A stretch of 64,000 bases of DNA from the human T2T-CHM13v2.0 reference genome, Homo sapiens, in assembly GCF_009914755.1 (NCBI RefSeq), contig NC_060930.1. The stretch is one strand, 5' to 3'. The notes below the pieces were generated by a model that saw nothing but the letters and a program-made list of their open reading frames with translations, was not told where the DNA came from and ran no database searches. A program made the position numbers and the translations under genes. Position 1 is the first letter of the stretch, and every line of letters begins with the position of its first letter. Positions 13,209 through 27,856 of this stretch are shown here, one piece after another.

Positions 13209-14164
13209 GTACTTATCTTCTTTAAGAATGATTTATATGCATATGGAATGTAAAAAATAAAACTCTTTGTAAGATTATCATGTATAAATTCTAAAGCTTT
13301 CAGAACATTATGTCCAATAAATAAAAAGATTGATTCCTCCAACCCCAAAATCATAGGATATGCATTACAGAACATACTTTCTGGGAAAGGTGTGAACTGG
13401 TATGGATTCCTTCACATTCTCTCATCCAGCTCTCTGAGATTTAAGATTTCAGTATGGCTGCCTCATGCCAGGAAACCAAGCTGCCTGGCCATGGGATGAG
13501 ATGTTTCTTCTTAAATCTGTCAGATCAGAAGCATTACTGTGGGCATCAGTGAAAAACAACTTCCTAGCATTCTCGCCCACCTACCTTCACTAATGAGATT
13601 GACTCATTAGATACAAGTTGGAACCCAGAAATATGGATTATTAATAAAATGATTATAGCAGGAAATAGTGTGAAATACTTCTCTGGGATATAGAACTCTA
13701 AAATCATGACCTCATCAACTGAACACATACCAGTTTTATGGCTTAATGTATTTACAAGAAGTGAACAAGCAAAACTAGAGAAAAGCTAAGATGTTAAAAG
13801 CACCTATAAAGAATAATACGTTGTAGAAGAAAAGATAAAGACAGTTAAGTATGACAATATAATGTCAGCAATGAGTGGTGACTGGAAACTTAACATACGT
13901 GAAGAGAAATAGAGAGAGAGGAGAGACCCAGAAACCTTTGCTTGCATTCTTGTATCTGTTTTGAATGAGTTTTGGGCTTATGCCCAAAATCAAGGTCTCC
14001 CATTCTCATTACAGTACCCTGTTCAATAGTCCCTGTCTCTTTTATGTATGTAGTATTAGATCTCTAGAAGCTAATTAGCAATGCTTGGGGTTTCATTTTT
14101 ATGTATTTATTTAAAAGCAGAAAGCATTAAGAAAAAATAAGTAGTAGGAGGAAATGTGTTGATG

Positions 14165-14380
14165 TAATAGCTAGCATTTATTGAGCATTCAGCTATGCAC
14201 CTCTCATTGTCCATGTATTATTTCTTTATTGATGTTCACAACAACTCTCTGTGATAGGTTTTATTATTACAGTTTTATTGATAAGAAAACAGAAACTCAG
14301 AGAAGTGGCTTATCTAAGTTCCAATTGCCTACAGGTGACAGCTGCAATTTAACCCCAGCTGTGTCTCTTTCTAGTACACA
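14165..14380 (-). mobile_element. MIR
   Basis: TAATAGCTAGCATTTATTGAGCA...TCACAACAACTCTCTGTGATAGG...GATAAGAAAACAGAAACTCAGAGAAGT. Confidence 0.75.
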
Positions 14381-16502
14381 CTATGTAAGTGAGATGGCAA
14401 GCCATGGATCATGAAGTAAGAATCTTAATTCATTTCCTTGGTTGTCTGATGACTCATTGTGTGGCATTAGACCAGGATTTAGATTCCTTCATGCCTTTGT
14501 TGTCATATCTTCCAGTTTGCAGACAACCTGCCCAATAACTGGTTTTGACCAGCCCCCAATATAACATGAGTTGAGGTAAATACAGGACTCTATTTAGAGT
14601 TCTAAATCTGGTGTGAAAATGAGAGGAACATTTCAGAAATCTTTTAGTTGCTGTCCAAATGGCAGCAGTCATTCACATGTTAGGGAGCCCATTAAAATAG
14701 TCAAGAGCACCATCTGCCTAACTGGGAACTGTTTGATAAGCTACTATCGCTTTTTGACTCTGTCTCATGCTTGTCAACTTGCTAAATGCTGACAAAAGCG
14801 GCAGAGTGGACCTACCTTCTAAAACAAAGCATTCTGTTCCAACTGGCAAAAACGTCTTCCAGACACTTGCCTACAAGTAACCGGCTCTTTAATGAGTTGC
14901 TGTTTTTATTAAGTATTTTCTGGAGTTGATTCATCCTCTTGGATTTAAGAGACACAAACATAACACAGTGTGCTTTTCCTATGCAGAAGCTGTTTGCGTG
15001 GTATGTAATATAAGTCCCCAGTGAATCTCAGCAAATCAGTGATATTTGTACAGATTTGAAAGGTTTCACAAATCTTTGAAAGAATTAAAAATAAGCACAT
15101 TCAGCCATGCTCTCTGGTGTCAAGGTGTGTCCTTTGCAAGAGGGAGCTGGGGAGTATGAAAAAGAACATGAAATTAATGTTGAGCAAACAGATGTCCATA
15201 GCCAAAGGGACTAGCAGTGCAATTCCTGAGCAAGAAAGCTATGTGCAAATGAGTCCAGGAAAGAAATGTGATAACATTGGGAAATGATATCTACTGGGTA
15301 GGTCCTAGGTCTGTAGGGGTTTCATTTTTTCAGCAACAAGTCAGTGATGGCACCAAGAACATATATGAGTTCATTATGTTAATGGATGACCCCAGGTTGA
15401 CCCGGAGAAAATTAAAATTCAGAATGATTTTATTCAATGTGGGGAGAAACTTACTGAAGATTTTAAGGACATGTTCCAGGCAACACATACAGAAAATAAC
15501 ATGGCAGGAGAAAATCCTTTGGGATTTACAGCAAACTTCATGCTCCCCTAGGTCACTGATGCTCAGCTACGGTACTGTTTCCAAACATTGTACATGTGTG
15601 AGGTACAATGTTTAACTGGAGAGGAAGCATATGGTGGGTTTTTCTTTAGTTGGTAAAACAAATGGAAGAAGAAGATAGAAGATAACTACAGAACTAGAGA
15701 CTGGAGTCAATCAACAGGATGAGATTTATGATAGTAAGAATTGTTGAACATCAAAAATGTATGGTTAGGAATATAATGGTCATTCCTGAAAGCCTTTGAA
15801 AATCAGAAACGTTTTGTCTTCATAGAGTAGCTTGGATGCCATTGTGGCATCCAAGTTTTAGATGATTCTTGAGGACACATGTAGCCTAACGTTTCTGTGG
15901 GCTCTGGAAGAGGAGAATCCATGCCCCGTTTGAAAGCTCCTTGGACCCTCTTCTCTCCTCCTGGACACAGACGGCAATCAGGATGACACTGGTTCAGGTT
16001 GCGCTGGCTTTTTATGTCTCTATGGTAACTGACTCTGAAGTTGGGGCAGGCTACTGTTTCTTCCTTTTCTATCCCCCAAAATGGAACTCAATGAGTTTAT
16101 TTTTCTCCTTCTCTGAACTAACTCTGATTTACCAGACTGAGATGAAGACACAAAGAAAACGAGAAAGATAGAAGTGAAAGCAGAGGCAGTGCCGAGGAGG
16201 TGGCTGGAGACTTGAGCCTCATTCTCATCTCCACTGCCATATCCTCTTAAGTGGCCCTCAACCTCAACTAAGCACTATCTCGGCTGTGGAAATGTAGCTT
16301 TAAGACAAATTCCCCAGACCCCAGACCCATTTCAATCAATTTGCTATCCTAAAACTCTAGAAACTCTGGACCTGTCAGTTCTTTCACATCATCGAAGAAG
16401 TACTCATTCCCTGTTTACAGAATCAAAGACACCCTGAGCTGGAAGAGACCTTAGAGTTAGCACTTTCAGTCTAACAACTTTATTTTACAAATGGGCAACT
16501 GA

Positions 16503-16751
16503 GGCCGGGCGCAGTGGCTCACACCTGTAATCCCAGCACTTTGGTAGGCCAAGGCGGGCATGGTCAACATGGCGAAACCCTGTCTCTACCAAAAATACAA
16601 AAATTAGCCGGGCGTGGTGGTGTGCACCTGTAGTCCCAGCTACTCAGAAGGCTGAGGAAGGAGAATCGCTTGAACCCAGGAGAGACAGGTTATAGTGAGC
16701 CAAGATTGCACCACTGCACTCCAGCCTGGATGACAAAGTGAGACTCCATCT

Positions 16752-16783
<32 letters not shown>
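16503..16783 (+). mobile_element. AluS with a ~32-bp left-arm deletion that removes the Pol III B box, inserted into a MIR core
   Basis: GGCGGGCA joined directly to TGGTCAACATGG; 31-nt poly-A; degenerate TSD AAATGGGCAACTGA / AAAAGGGCAATTGA; MIR-like flanks ~16430-16502 and 16784-16880. Confidence 0.9.
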
Positions 16784-16789
<6 letters not shown>

Positions 16790-16919
16790 TTGAGGGCCAG
16801 AGCAGATCGATGACTAGACCAAAATTACTCTGCCCCAGTGCAACAGAGCAAGGTTTACCATCAAGTATACTGACTCCAGGTGGGCAAGACATGTGCCCAT
16901 TTTTTTCCTGCCATTTCTC

Positions 16920-16985
16920 CAGGATTTAGCACGATGCCAGGCACATAGTAGGCACTCAGTAAATATTTGTTGAATGAACAAATAA
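16920..16985 (+). mobile_element. L2 3' terminus
   Basis: TAGCACGATGCCAGGCACATAGTAGGCACTCAGTAAATATTTGTTGAATGAA. Confidence 0.8.
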
Positions 16986-17601
16986 TCCATGATTCCTCAC
17001 ATCCCTTCCACTGCTCTTGCTGCTCCAGTACGTGTTTTAGCTCTCCAAAAACAACAACAATAATCGGAGGACCAATTTAGCTCATTTCACCCAACCTCAA
17101 GCCCTGAAATGACCTAATATTTTATCTTGGAATGTTCCACTGTGTTTCCAAAAATTCCTAGTATGCAGTGGTGTGGTTTGACTTAATTCTGTTTTCACAA
17201 AATGAGCTTGGCTGCATGAATCCTTCAGAAAAGCCTAATTGTGTTCCCCTGACTCAACTTTTGCCAATGAAGAAGCACCATCTTGTATTTCTAATTCTGA
17301 GCATTTTTATTCCCAGGCTTTCCTTCTAATCTTTCTTAAAAATTCCCCCCATCACAGAAAGGGAACTCTTTTACCTTGGTTGATAGTAAAAGTAGGCTGA
17401 GAATACTGTGGGCCATATGTAGGTAAATCTCACTGTGTTTAAATTCTCACATCAGGGAATAAGATTTCAAGACACAAATTGCAAGTGAGGCCAATTCCTT
17501 GCAATACTGAAGGATTCATCATAAGATTTCTTTAAGTGTTGGTCTTGGATATACATGTGGTTCAGTTTACCACTTCTTAGAAATATAACTATTAGGTTTT
17601 C

Positions 17602-18048
17602 TCAGGCAAGATGCCTGAATAGGAACAGCTCCGGTCTACAGCTCCCAGCGTGAGCGATGCAGAAGACGGATGATTTCTGCATTTCCATCTGAGGTACCAG
17701 GTTCATCTCACTAGGGAGTGCCAGACAGTGGGCGCAGGACAGTGGGTGCAGCACACCATGCGCGAGCCAAAGCAGGGCGAGGCATTGCCTCACTCGGGAA
17801 GCGCAAGGGGTCAGGGAGTTCCCTTTCCTAGTCAAAGAAAGGGGTGACAGACGGCACCTGGAAAATCGGGTCACTCCCACCCCAATACTGCACTTTTCTG
17901 ACGGGCTTAAAAAATGGTGCACCAGGAGATTATATCCCACACCTGGTTTGGAGGGTCCTATGCCCACGGAGTCTCGCTGATTGCTAGCACAGCAGTTTGG
18001 AATCAAACTGCAAGGCAGCAGCGAGGCTGGGGGAGGGGCGCCCTCCAT
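17602..18048 (-). CDS. ORF0: L1 ORF0 homologue, extended to 148 aa
   Basis: ATG at 18048 in GCAATGG context; MEGAPPPASLLPCSLIPNCCASNQRDSVGIGPSKPGVGY... matches L1 ORF0; frame stays open to TGA at 17604-17602; expression unknown. Confidence 0.5.
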   Translation of the reverse strand: MEGAPPPASLLPCSLIPNCCASNQRDSVGIGPSKPGVGYNLLVHHFLSPSEKCSIGVGVTRFSRCRLSPLSLTRKGNSLTPCASRVRQCLALLWLAHGVLHPLSCAHCLALPSEMNLVPQMEMQKSSVFCIAHAGSCRPELFLFRHLA

Positions 18049-18631
18049 TGCCCAGGTTTGCTTAGGTAAACAAAGCAGCCGGAAAGCTGGAACTGGGTGG
18101 AGCCCACCACAGCTCAAGGAGGCCTGCCTGCCTCTGTAGGCTCCAACTCTGGGGACAGGGCACAGACAAACAAAAAGACAGCAGTAACCTCTGCAGACTT
18201 AAATGTCCCTGTCTGACAGCTTTGAAGAGAGCAGTGGTTCTCCCAGCACGCAGCTGGAGATCTGAGAACGGGCAGACTGCCTCCTCAAGTGGGTCCCTCA
18301 TCCCTGACCCCCGAGCAGCCTAACTGGGAGGCACCCCTCAGTAGGGGCAGACTGACACCTCACACAGCCGGGTACTCCTCTGAGAGAAAACTTCCAGAGG
18401 AACGATCAGACAGCAGCATTTGTGATTCACGAAAATCCGCTGCTCTGCAGCCACCGCTGCTGGTACCCAGGCAAACAGGGTCTGGAGTGGACCTCTAGCA
18501 AACTCCAACAGACCTGCAGCTGAGGGTCCTGTCTGTTATAAGGAAAACTAACAAACAGAAAGGACATCCACACCAAAAGCCCATCTGTACATCACCATCA
18601 TCAAAGACAAAAAGTAGATAAAACCACAAAG
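17605..18631 (+). promoter_or_regulatory. L1 5'UTR (internal sense and antisense promoter region)
   Basis: Colinear with the L1PA 5'UTR and includes the ~128-bp segment (18374-18501) absent from L1PA2/L1HS; activity unknown. Confidence 0.8.
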
Positions 18632-19666
18632 ATGGGGGAGAAACAGAGCAGAAAAACTGGAAACTCTAAAAAGCAGAGCGCCTCTCCTTCTCCAAAGGAA
18701 TGCAGCTCCTCACCAGCAATGGAACAAAGCTGGACAGAGAATGACTTTGACGAGTTGAGAGAAGAAGGCTTCAGACGATCAAACTACTCTGAGCCACAGG
18801 AGGAAATTCAAACCAAAGGCAAAGAAGTTGAAAACTTTGAAAAAAATTTAGACGAATATATAACTAGAATAACCAATACAGAGAAGTGCTTAAAGGAGCT
18901 GATGGAGCTGAAAGCCAAGGCTCGAGAACTATGTGAATAATGCAGAAGCCTCAGGAGCCGATGCGATCAACTGGAAGAAAGGGTATCAGTGATGGAAGAT
19001 GAAATGAATGAAATGAAGCGAGAAGGGAAGTTTAGAGAAAAAAGAATAAAAAGAAATGAACAAAGCCTCCAAGAAATATGGGACTATGTGAAAAGACCAA
19101 ATCTACGTCTGATTGGTGTACCTGAAAGTGATGGGGAGAATGGAACCAAGTTGGAAAACACTCTGCAGGATATTATCCAGGAGAACTTCCCCAATCTAGC
19201 AAGGCAGGCCAACATTCAGATTCAGGAAATACAGAGAATGCCACAAAGATACTCCTCGAGAAGAGCAACTCCAAGACACATAATTGTCAGATTCACCAAA
19301 GTTGAAATGAAGGAAAAAATGTTAAGAGCAGCCGGAGAGAAAGGTCCGGTTATCCACAAAGGGAAGCCCATCAGACTAACAGCGGATCTCTCGGCAGAAA
19401 CCCTACAAGCCAGAAGAGAGTGGGGGCCAATATTCAACATTCTTAAAGAAAAGAATTTTCAACCCAGAATTTCATTTCCAGCCAAACTAAGCTTCATAAA
19501 TGAAGGAGTAATAAAATACTTTACAGACTTTACAGACTTTACAGACAAGCAAATGCTGAGAGATTTTGTCACCACCAGGCCTGCCCTAAAAGAGCTCCTG
19601 AAGGAAGCACTAAACATGGAAAGGAACAACCGATACCAGCCACTGCAAAATCATGCCAAATTGTAA
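18632..19666 (+). pseudogene. ORF1: L1 ORF1p, disrupted by one premature stop; carries an in-frame 18-nt expansion
   Basis: MGEKQSRKTGNSK...NHAKL*; TAA at 18938-18940; (ACTTTACAG)x3 at 19518-19544; total 1035 nt = 1017 + 18. Confidence 0.95.
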
Positions 19667-19729
19667 AGACCATCGAGGCTAGGAAGAAACTGCATCGACT
19701 AACGAGCAAAATAACCAGCTAACATCATA

Positions 19730-23539
<3,810 letters not shown>

Positions 23540-24510
23540 ACAATGAGAACACATGGACACAGGAAGGGGAACATCACACTCTGGGGACTGTTGTGGAGTC
23601 GCGGGGAGGGGGGAGGGATAGCTTTAGGAGATATACCTAATGCTAAATGATGAGTTAATGGGTGCAGCACACCAGCATGGCACATGTATATATGTGTAAC
23701 TAACATGCACATTGTGCACATGTACCCTAAAACTTAAAGTATAATAATAATAAAAGAAAAAAGAAAAAAAAAGAAATATAACTATTGTGCAATTGGGGTA
23801 ACACTTCCGAGACAACCATGAAGTAGGCAAAAATCCAACTGGTAAGGCATGTTTTAGGAGTGACTCAGGGGTCCGGAGTCTGACTTCCAAAGCCTTCTCA
23901 AGCATGTAGACTCTTTCAAGCCCTGGAGGCCAGGAAAAACCTAAAAAATACCCCTGCTTACAATTTATTTACTTCATGTTCCACAGCCAGTTAAATCCAG
24001 AGATGGGGATGAATTGGGAATTCATGAAGGAAGAATAGGAAAAAAAAAAAAACCATTTTATTTCCTACTGGAATGTCAAATGCCCTTATCCTAGATAGAC
24101 TTGACAGACACATAACAAAACAGTAACATTTTGATACTAAGATATTCACATTCTTTATATTTTTTAATTGAATAACATAGGAATACACATAAAAAGAGAT
24201 TGATAAATTAAAAGTATATGAGAAAACATATAGGGATATAAAACCAAAGAGAGAGGCCAATAGAACAATGTATGCCATAATATGTGCTGTTATGGGAGAC
24301 ATTAAGGTGACCCCTAGCTTTCTGGCAGTCAATGAGAAAAAGGAAAAACTGACCCATTACATAATTCACTGTCTTACTCAGGCTTTTTATTTGTTTATTT
24401 TTTTAATGCTCAAGAACGTGTACCAGAAAGAAACGTGTCTTGTAAGTCCTCATAAACATGGTACTGGGTAAGTAGTAAGTAACAACCCTAAGGATATCCT
24501 TACTATAGAC

Positions 24511-25133
24511 CAGTGATTTAGTTTGAGTGTACGTCCCTGCCAAGTCTCATGTTGAATTATAATACCCAGTGTTGGAGGTGGGGCCTGGTAGGAGGTGACT
24601 GGATCATGGGGGCCGATTTCTCATGAGTGGCTTAACACCATCCCCTTGGTGCTGTCTTTGTGATTGTTAGTGAGTTTTCATGAAATCTGGTTGCTTAAAA
24701 GTGTGTAGCACCTCCCCGCATTCTCCTCTCTTGCTCCTCCCTTCACCATGTGACATGCTTTCTCCCTCTTCACCTTCCACCATGATTGTAGGCTTCCTGA
24801 GGCATCCCTAGAAGCCAAGCAGATACCTGCGTCATGCTTCCTGTAAAGGCTGCAGAACTGTGAGCCAATTAAATCTATTTTTTTAAATAAATTACCCAGT
24901 CTCAAGTTTTTCTTTATAGCCATGCAAGAATGGCCTAATACAACCAGTGTTTGTCAAACTTTAGCATGTATTGGAATCAACTGGAATCTTACTAAAGTAC
25001 ACATTGCCAATGCCACCCCCAAAGTTTCTGATGCAGTAAGTCTGGGGTGGGGCCCTTGCATTTGTATTTTTAACATGCTCCCAAGCAATGCTGCTGCTGC
25101 TTTGCTCCAGGGACCACATTTCAACAACCATAG
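24511..25133. mobile_element. MER5A (hAT-Charlie) interrupted 3 bp into its terminal inverted repeat (TIR) by MSTA; body 24945-25133
   Basis: CAGTGTTTGTCAAACTTTAGCATG...GTCTGGGGTGGGGCCC...GGGACCACATTTCAACAACCATAG; 8-bp TSD CTATAGAC (24503-24510) / CTGTAGAC (25134-25141). Confidence 0.85.
24514..24942 (+). mobile_element. MSTA solo LTR (ERVL-MaLR)
   Basis: TG...CA termini, 429 bp, GTTGGAGGTGGGGCCTGG, GCAGAACTGTGAGCCAATTAAA, CCTAATACA; 5-bp TSD ACCAG. Confidence 0.92.
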
Positions 25134-25984
25134 CTGTAGACACAAGGCCTACTTTCTCAGGTCCTCTTCTTAAAGCATCCTTTCATATTGACTGATGACA
25201 ATGTAGTAATTACAACTGAGTAGTTCCATGGAATTATGTCCAGCCCCCAGTAGGGGGTACTCATGTGGAGAGGTAATGGTCCCACCATTTCTCATTCAAT
25301 ATATTCACTATATCGTTCCTAAATGCAGTCCATCCCCATTGGCTTATTCATTGTGTTTCCCAACACAATTACAGATTGCTTCCTCATGCATCAAATTCTT
25401 CTGCAGCCCAGTCCACAGGGAACACTACCTATTAAAACCCAGCTGTCCCTCATCAGCAATCACAAAAACAACCTTTTCTTATTGATGACTGCCTTTTAAA
25501 TGCCAACAGAGTTCTGCACCTATATTACTTGTTACTTAAATGTTCTCCTTTTATTATTCACCTATTATTTATCTCTTCAAAAGTAGGATATCTTGTATTT
25601 CCAACCACAGTTCAAAGTCTATGAGCCATGTATAATACATCCTTGTATCTCTAAAGCACACAATATAGTGCTTTGAATAAAATGAACATTGAATTATTTG
25701 AGAGCTAAACAAACACTTAAGGAAAAAGCTGTAAAAAATTAATGAAATGGCAACTAATATCAACAGAACAGATAACCTTATCACCATCATAAAATATCTG
25801 CTTTCCCATAAAGATGGGCTGTTTTAAAATAAGTGCTTTTCCATAAAGCTGGGCTGTTTTAGGTTAACTACGTGTTATTGAGAAAAAAGTGTATACAAAA
25901 AAATGTGATTTTATTAGCTATCTAATCAAATATATTATATAGTTATTCTCTTTGAATTCAATTTTTTCTCATATTTTAAAGCTG

Positions 25985-26160
25985 AATTCATTCCCTGATT
26001 CAATGAATATTTACTGAGAATTTACTATATGTAAAGTAATTTGAAAGCAAAGAGTACATTCTTAAGGAGCTCACACCACAATAGAGATGGACAGACACAT
26101 AAACCCATAAATGCAACCCATGCAAGACTAAAGATACGTGCAAACCATGCTGGGAAAACA
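25985..26160 (-). mobile_element. L2 fragment
   Basis: ATTCAATGAATATTTACTGAGAATTTACTATATG...AAGGAGCTCACA resembles the antisense L2 3' end. Confidence 0.5.
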
Positions 26161-26555
26161 GAAAAGAGTGGTCAGGTTAGAGGTGGCAGGAGAGGGGCTT
26201 AGAAGCTTATCTATTCAAGATACGCACAACACATATTGGGGGTGGCATAGTTTGAAAAACAGGTCTCATAATGTTAGGAATTGGTATGTCTTGTACCGTA
26301 ACAGATGAAAACAAGCAAACTAATCCATTAATCATCAGTCCACTGTGAGCAAGGGAAGCATGAAGAATCAGAGGACTGAGCTGACACACACAGTGATATG
26401 TTTTGAAAAGAGCCAGAAAGGATTTCTGGCTGGAGATCTCTCTCACCACCAGTTCCCATGGTCCTGACATTTCCCCATTAATAAGTCATTCCTAGACATC
26501 TTAAAGGCTCTCTGGTATTCAAAGGACCTCAGGTAAAATGCCATTTCTCCTAAAA

Positions 26556-26773
26556 CAGAGTCTCTTAACCTTGGTGGCATGACTGACATTTTGGGTTGGA
26601 TAATTTTTTGTTGTGGGACCTCTCTCATGCGTTACAGGATTTAGCAGCATTCTTAGCCTCTATCCACTATATGCTAGTAGCAGCCCGCCCCCAAGTCACG
26701 ACAACTAAAAATGTCTCCAGACATTTTCAAATGTCCTCTAGGAGGCAAAATTGCCCCCCACTGACAACCATTT
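26556..26773. mobile_element. MER20 (hAT-Charlie)
   Basis: TGACATTTTGGGTTGGATAATTTTTTGTTGTGGG...AAAAATGTCTCCAGACATT...GGCAAAATTGCCCC; degenerate TSD TCCTAAAA / TCCTAGGA. Confidence 0.88.
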
Positions 26774-27329
26774 TCCTAGGAGATATTACACCTTAGATTG
26801 GTGTCAGCTGTGGTTCCTTTGTATGATCAAAGAATAGCTCAACTCTCTCTAGAGAGACAGTCCCTCCCTCACTCCATACAGCTAAAGGAAGAGTGACATG
26901 GCACTGCAGAATCAGGATGACAACCGCCCAGCCAATCTTATCTGCTATACTAGGTCTGGCTCTCAATGAAGTGACATGTGTCATGGATAGGTGACCATCA
27001 CCTCCAATTGAAATTTAGGAATCAAACTATATGAACACAGGAGAGATTTGGGAGGGGGAGTGGAGGTGAATAAGAGTATTTCAAATAAAAACTACACAAT
27101 TTTACACGAACTTGAGGAAGAGTCCAATTGAGGAAGAGCTAAATTAAATCTTTTTACTTCAGGTATATCATATAGTAGAAAAGGGACTGGAATCATGAAT
27201 TATTGAGTGACTAATAATCTGTAAAACACATAGTTACTTTGATATGTTATTAATAATTATAAAAATAGTAATATCCTTTATACATATATAGTGTTTTGTA
27301 GCTCTGAAAATCCTTTTCGCATAGTGCCT

Positions 27330-27637
27330 TTTTAAAAAATTGGCAATGTATTCCTATATTTCAAAAATCAAAACAATCCCAAAAGGGAAACAGTGAACGG
27401 TCTCATTTCCACCCTTGTTATGACCTTTCCCTCCCCATTACAGATAAATATTTTAGTTTCTTCAGCATCCTTTCAGAATTTCTTTATGAAAATATAAGAA
27501 TATACAGATACACATTCATGTTTTTCTATTTCTTACACAAAAGGTATTATGTTATCCTTGCACTGTTTCCAGTCATTTACTATTGCAAGCAAGGCTGCAG
27601 TAATTAGCACTGGCCATGTGTCATGTCATATGTGTAA
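27330..27637 (-). mobile_element. Old L1 (L1ME-like) fragment
   Basis: TTAGTTTCTTCAGCATCCTTTCAGAA, TTACACAAAAGG, CTGTTTCCAGTCATTTACTATTGCAAGCAAGGCTGCAG. Confidence 0.5.
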
Positions 27638-27646
27638 TCACTATCT

Positions 27647-27856
27647 ATCTATCTATTTACTTACTTACTTATTTATTTATTTTTAAAGACAGGATCTCAC
27701 TTTGTCACCCAGGCTGGAGTGCAGTAGCACAGTCATGGTTCACAGCAGCAGGATCATGATACACTGCTGCAGCCCCAAATTTGTGAGCTCAAAGGATCCT
27801 CTTCCCTTAGCCTCATGAATAACTGAGATTACTGGCATGTGCCACCATCCCCAGCC
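27647..27856 (-). mobile_element. Free right Alu monomer (FRAM or right-arm-only AluJ) with a ~21-bp internal duplication
   Basis: Right arm only; (TATC)/(TTAC)/(TTTA) tail; TSD TCACTATCT (27638) / TCACTGTCT (27857). Confidence 0.8.

Noticed and set aside
24415-24467. 53-nt exon candidate ending CTGG|GTAAGT
   Set aside because: The acceptor is AAG after an AT-rich tract; such pairs are common by chance and nothing else supports it.
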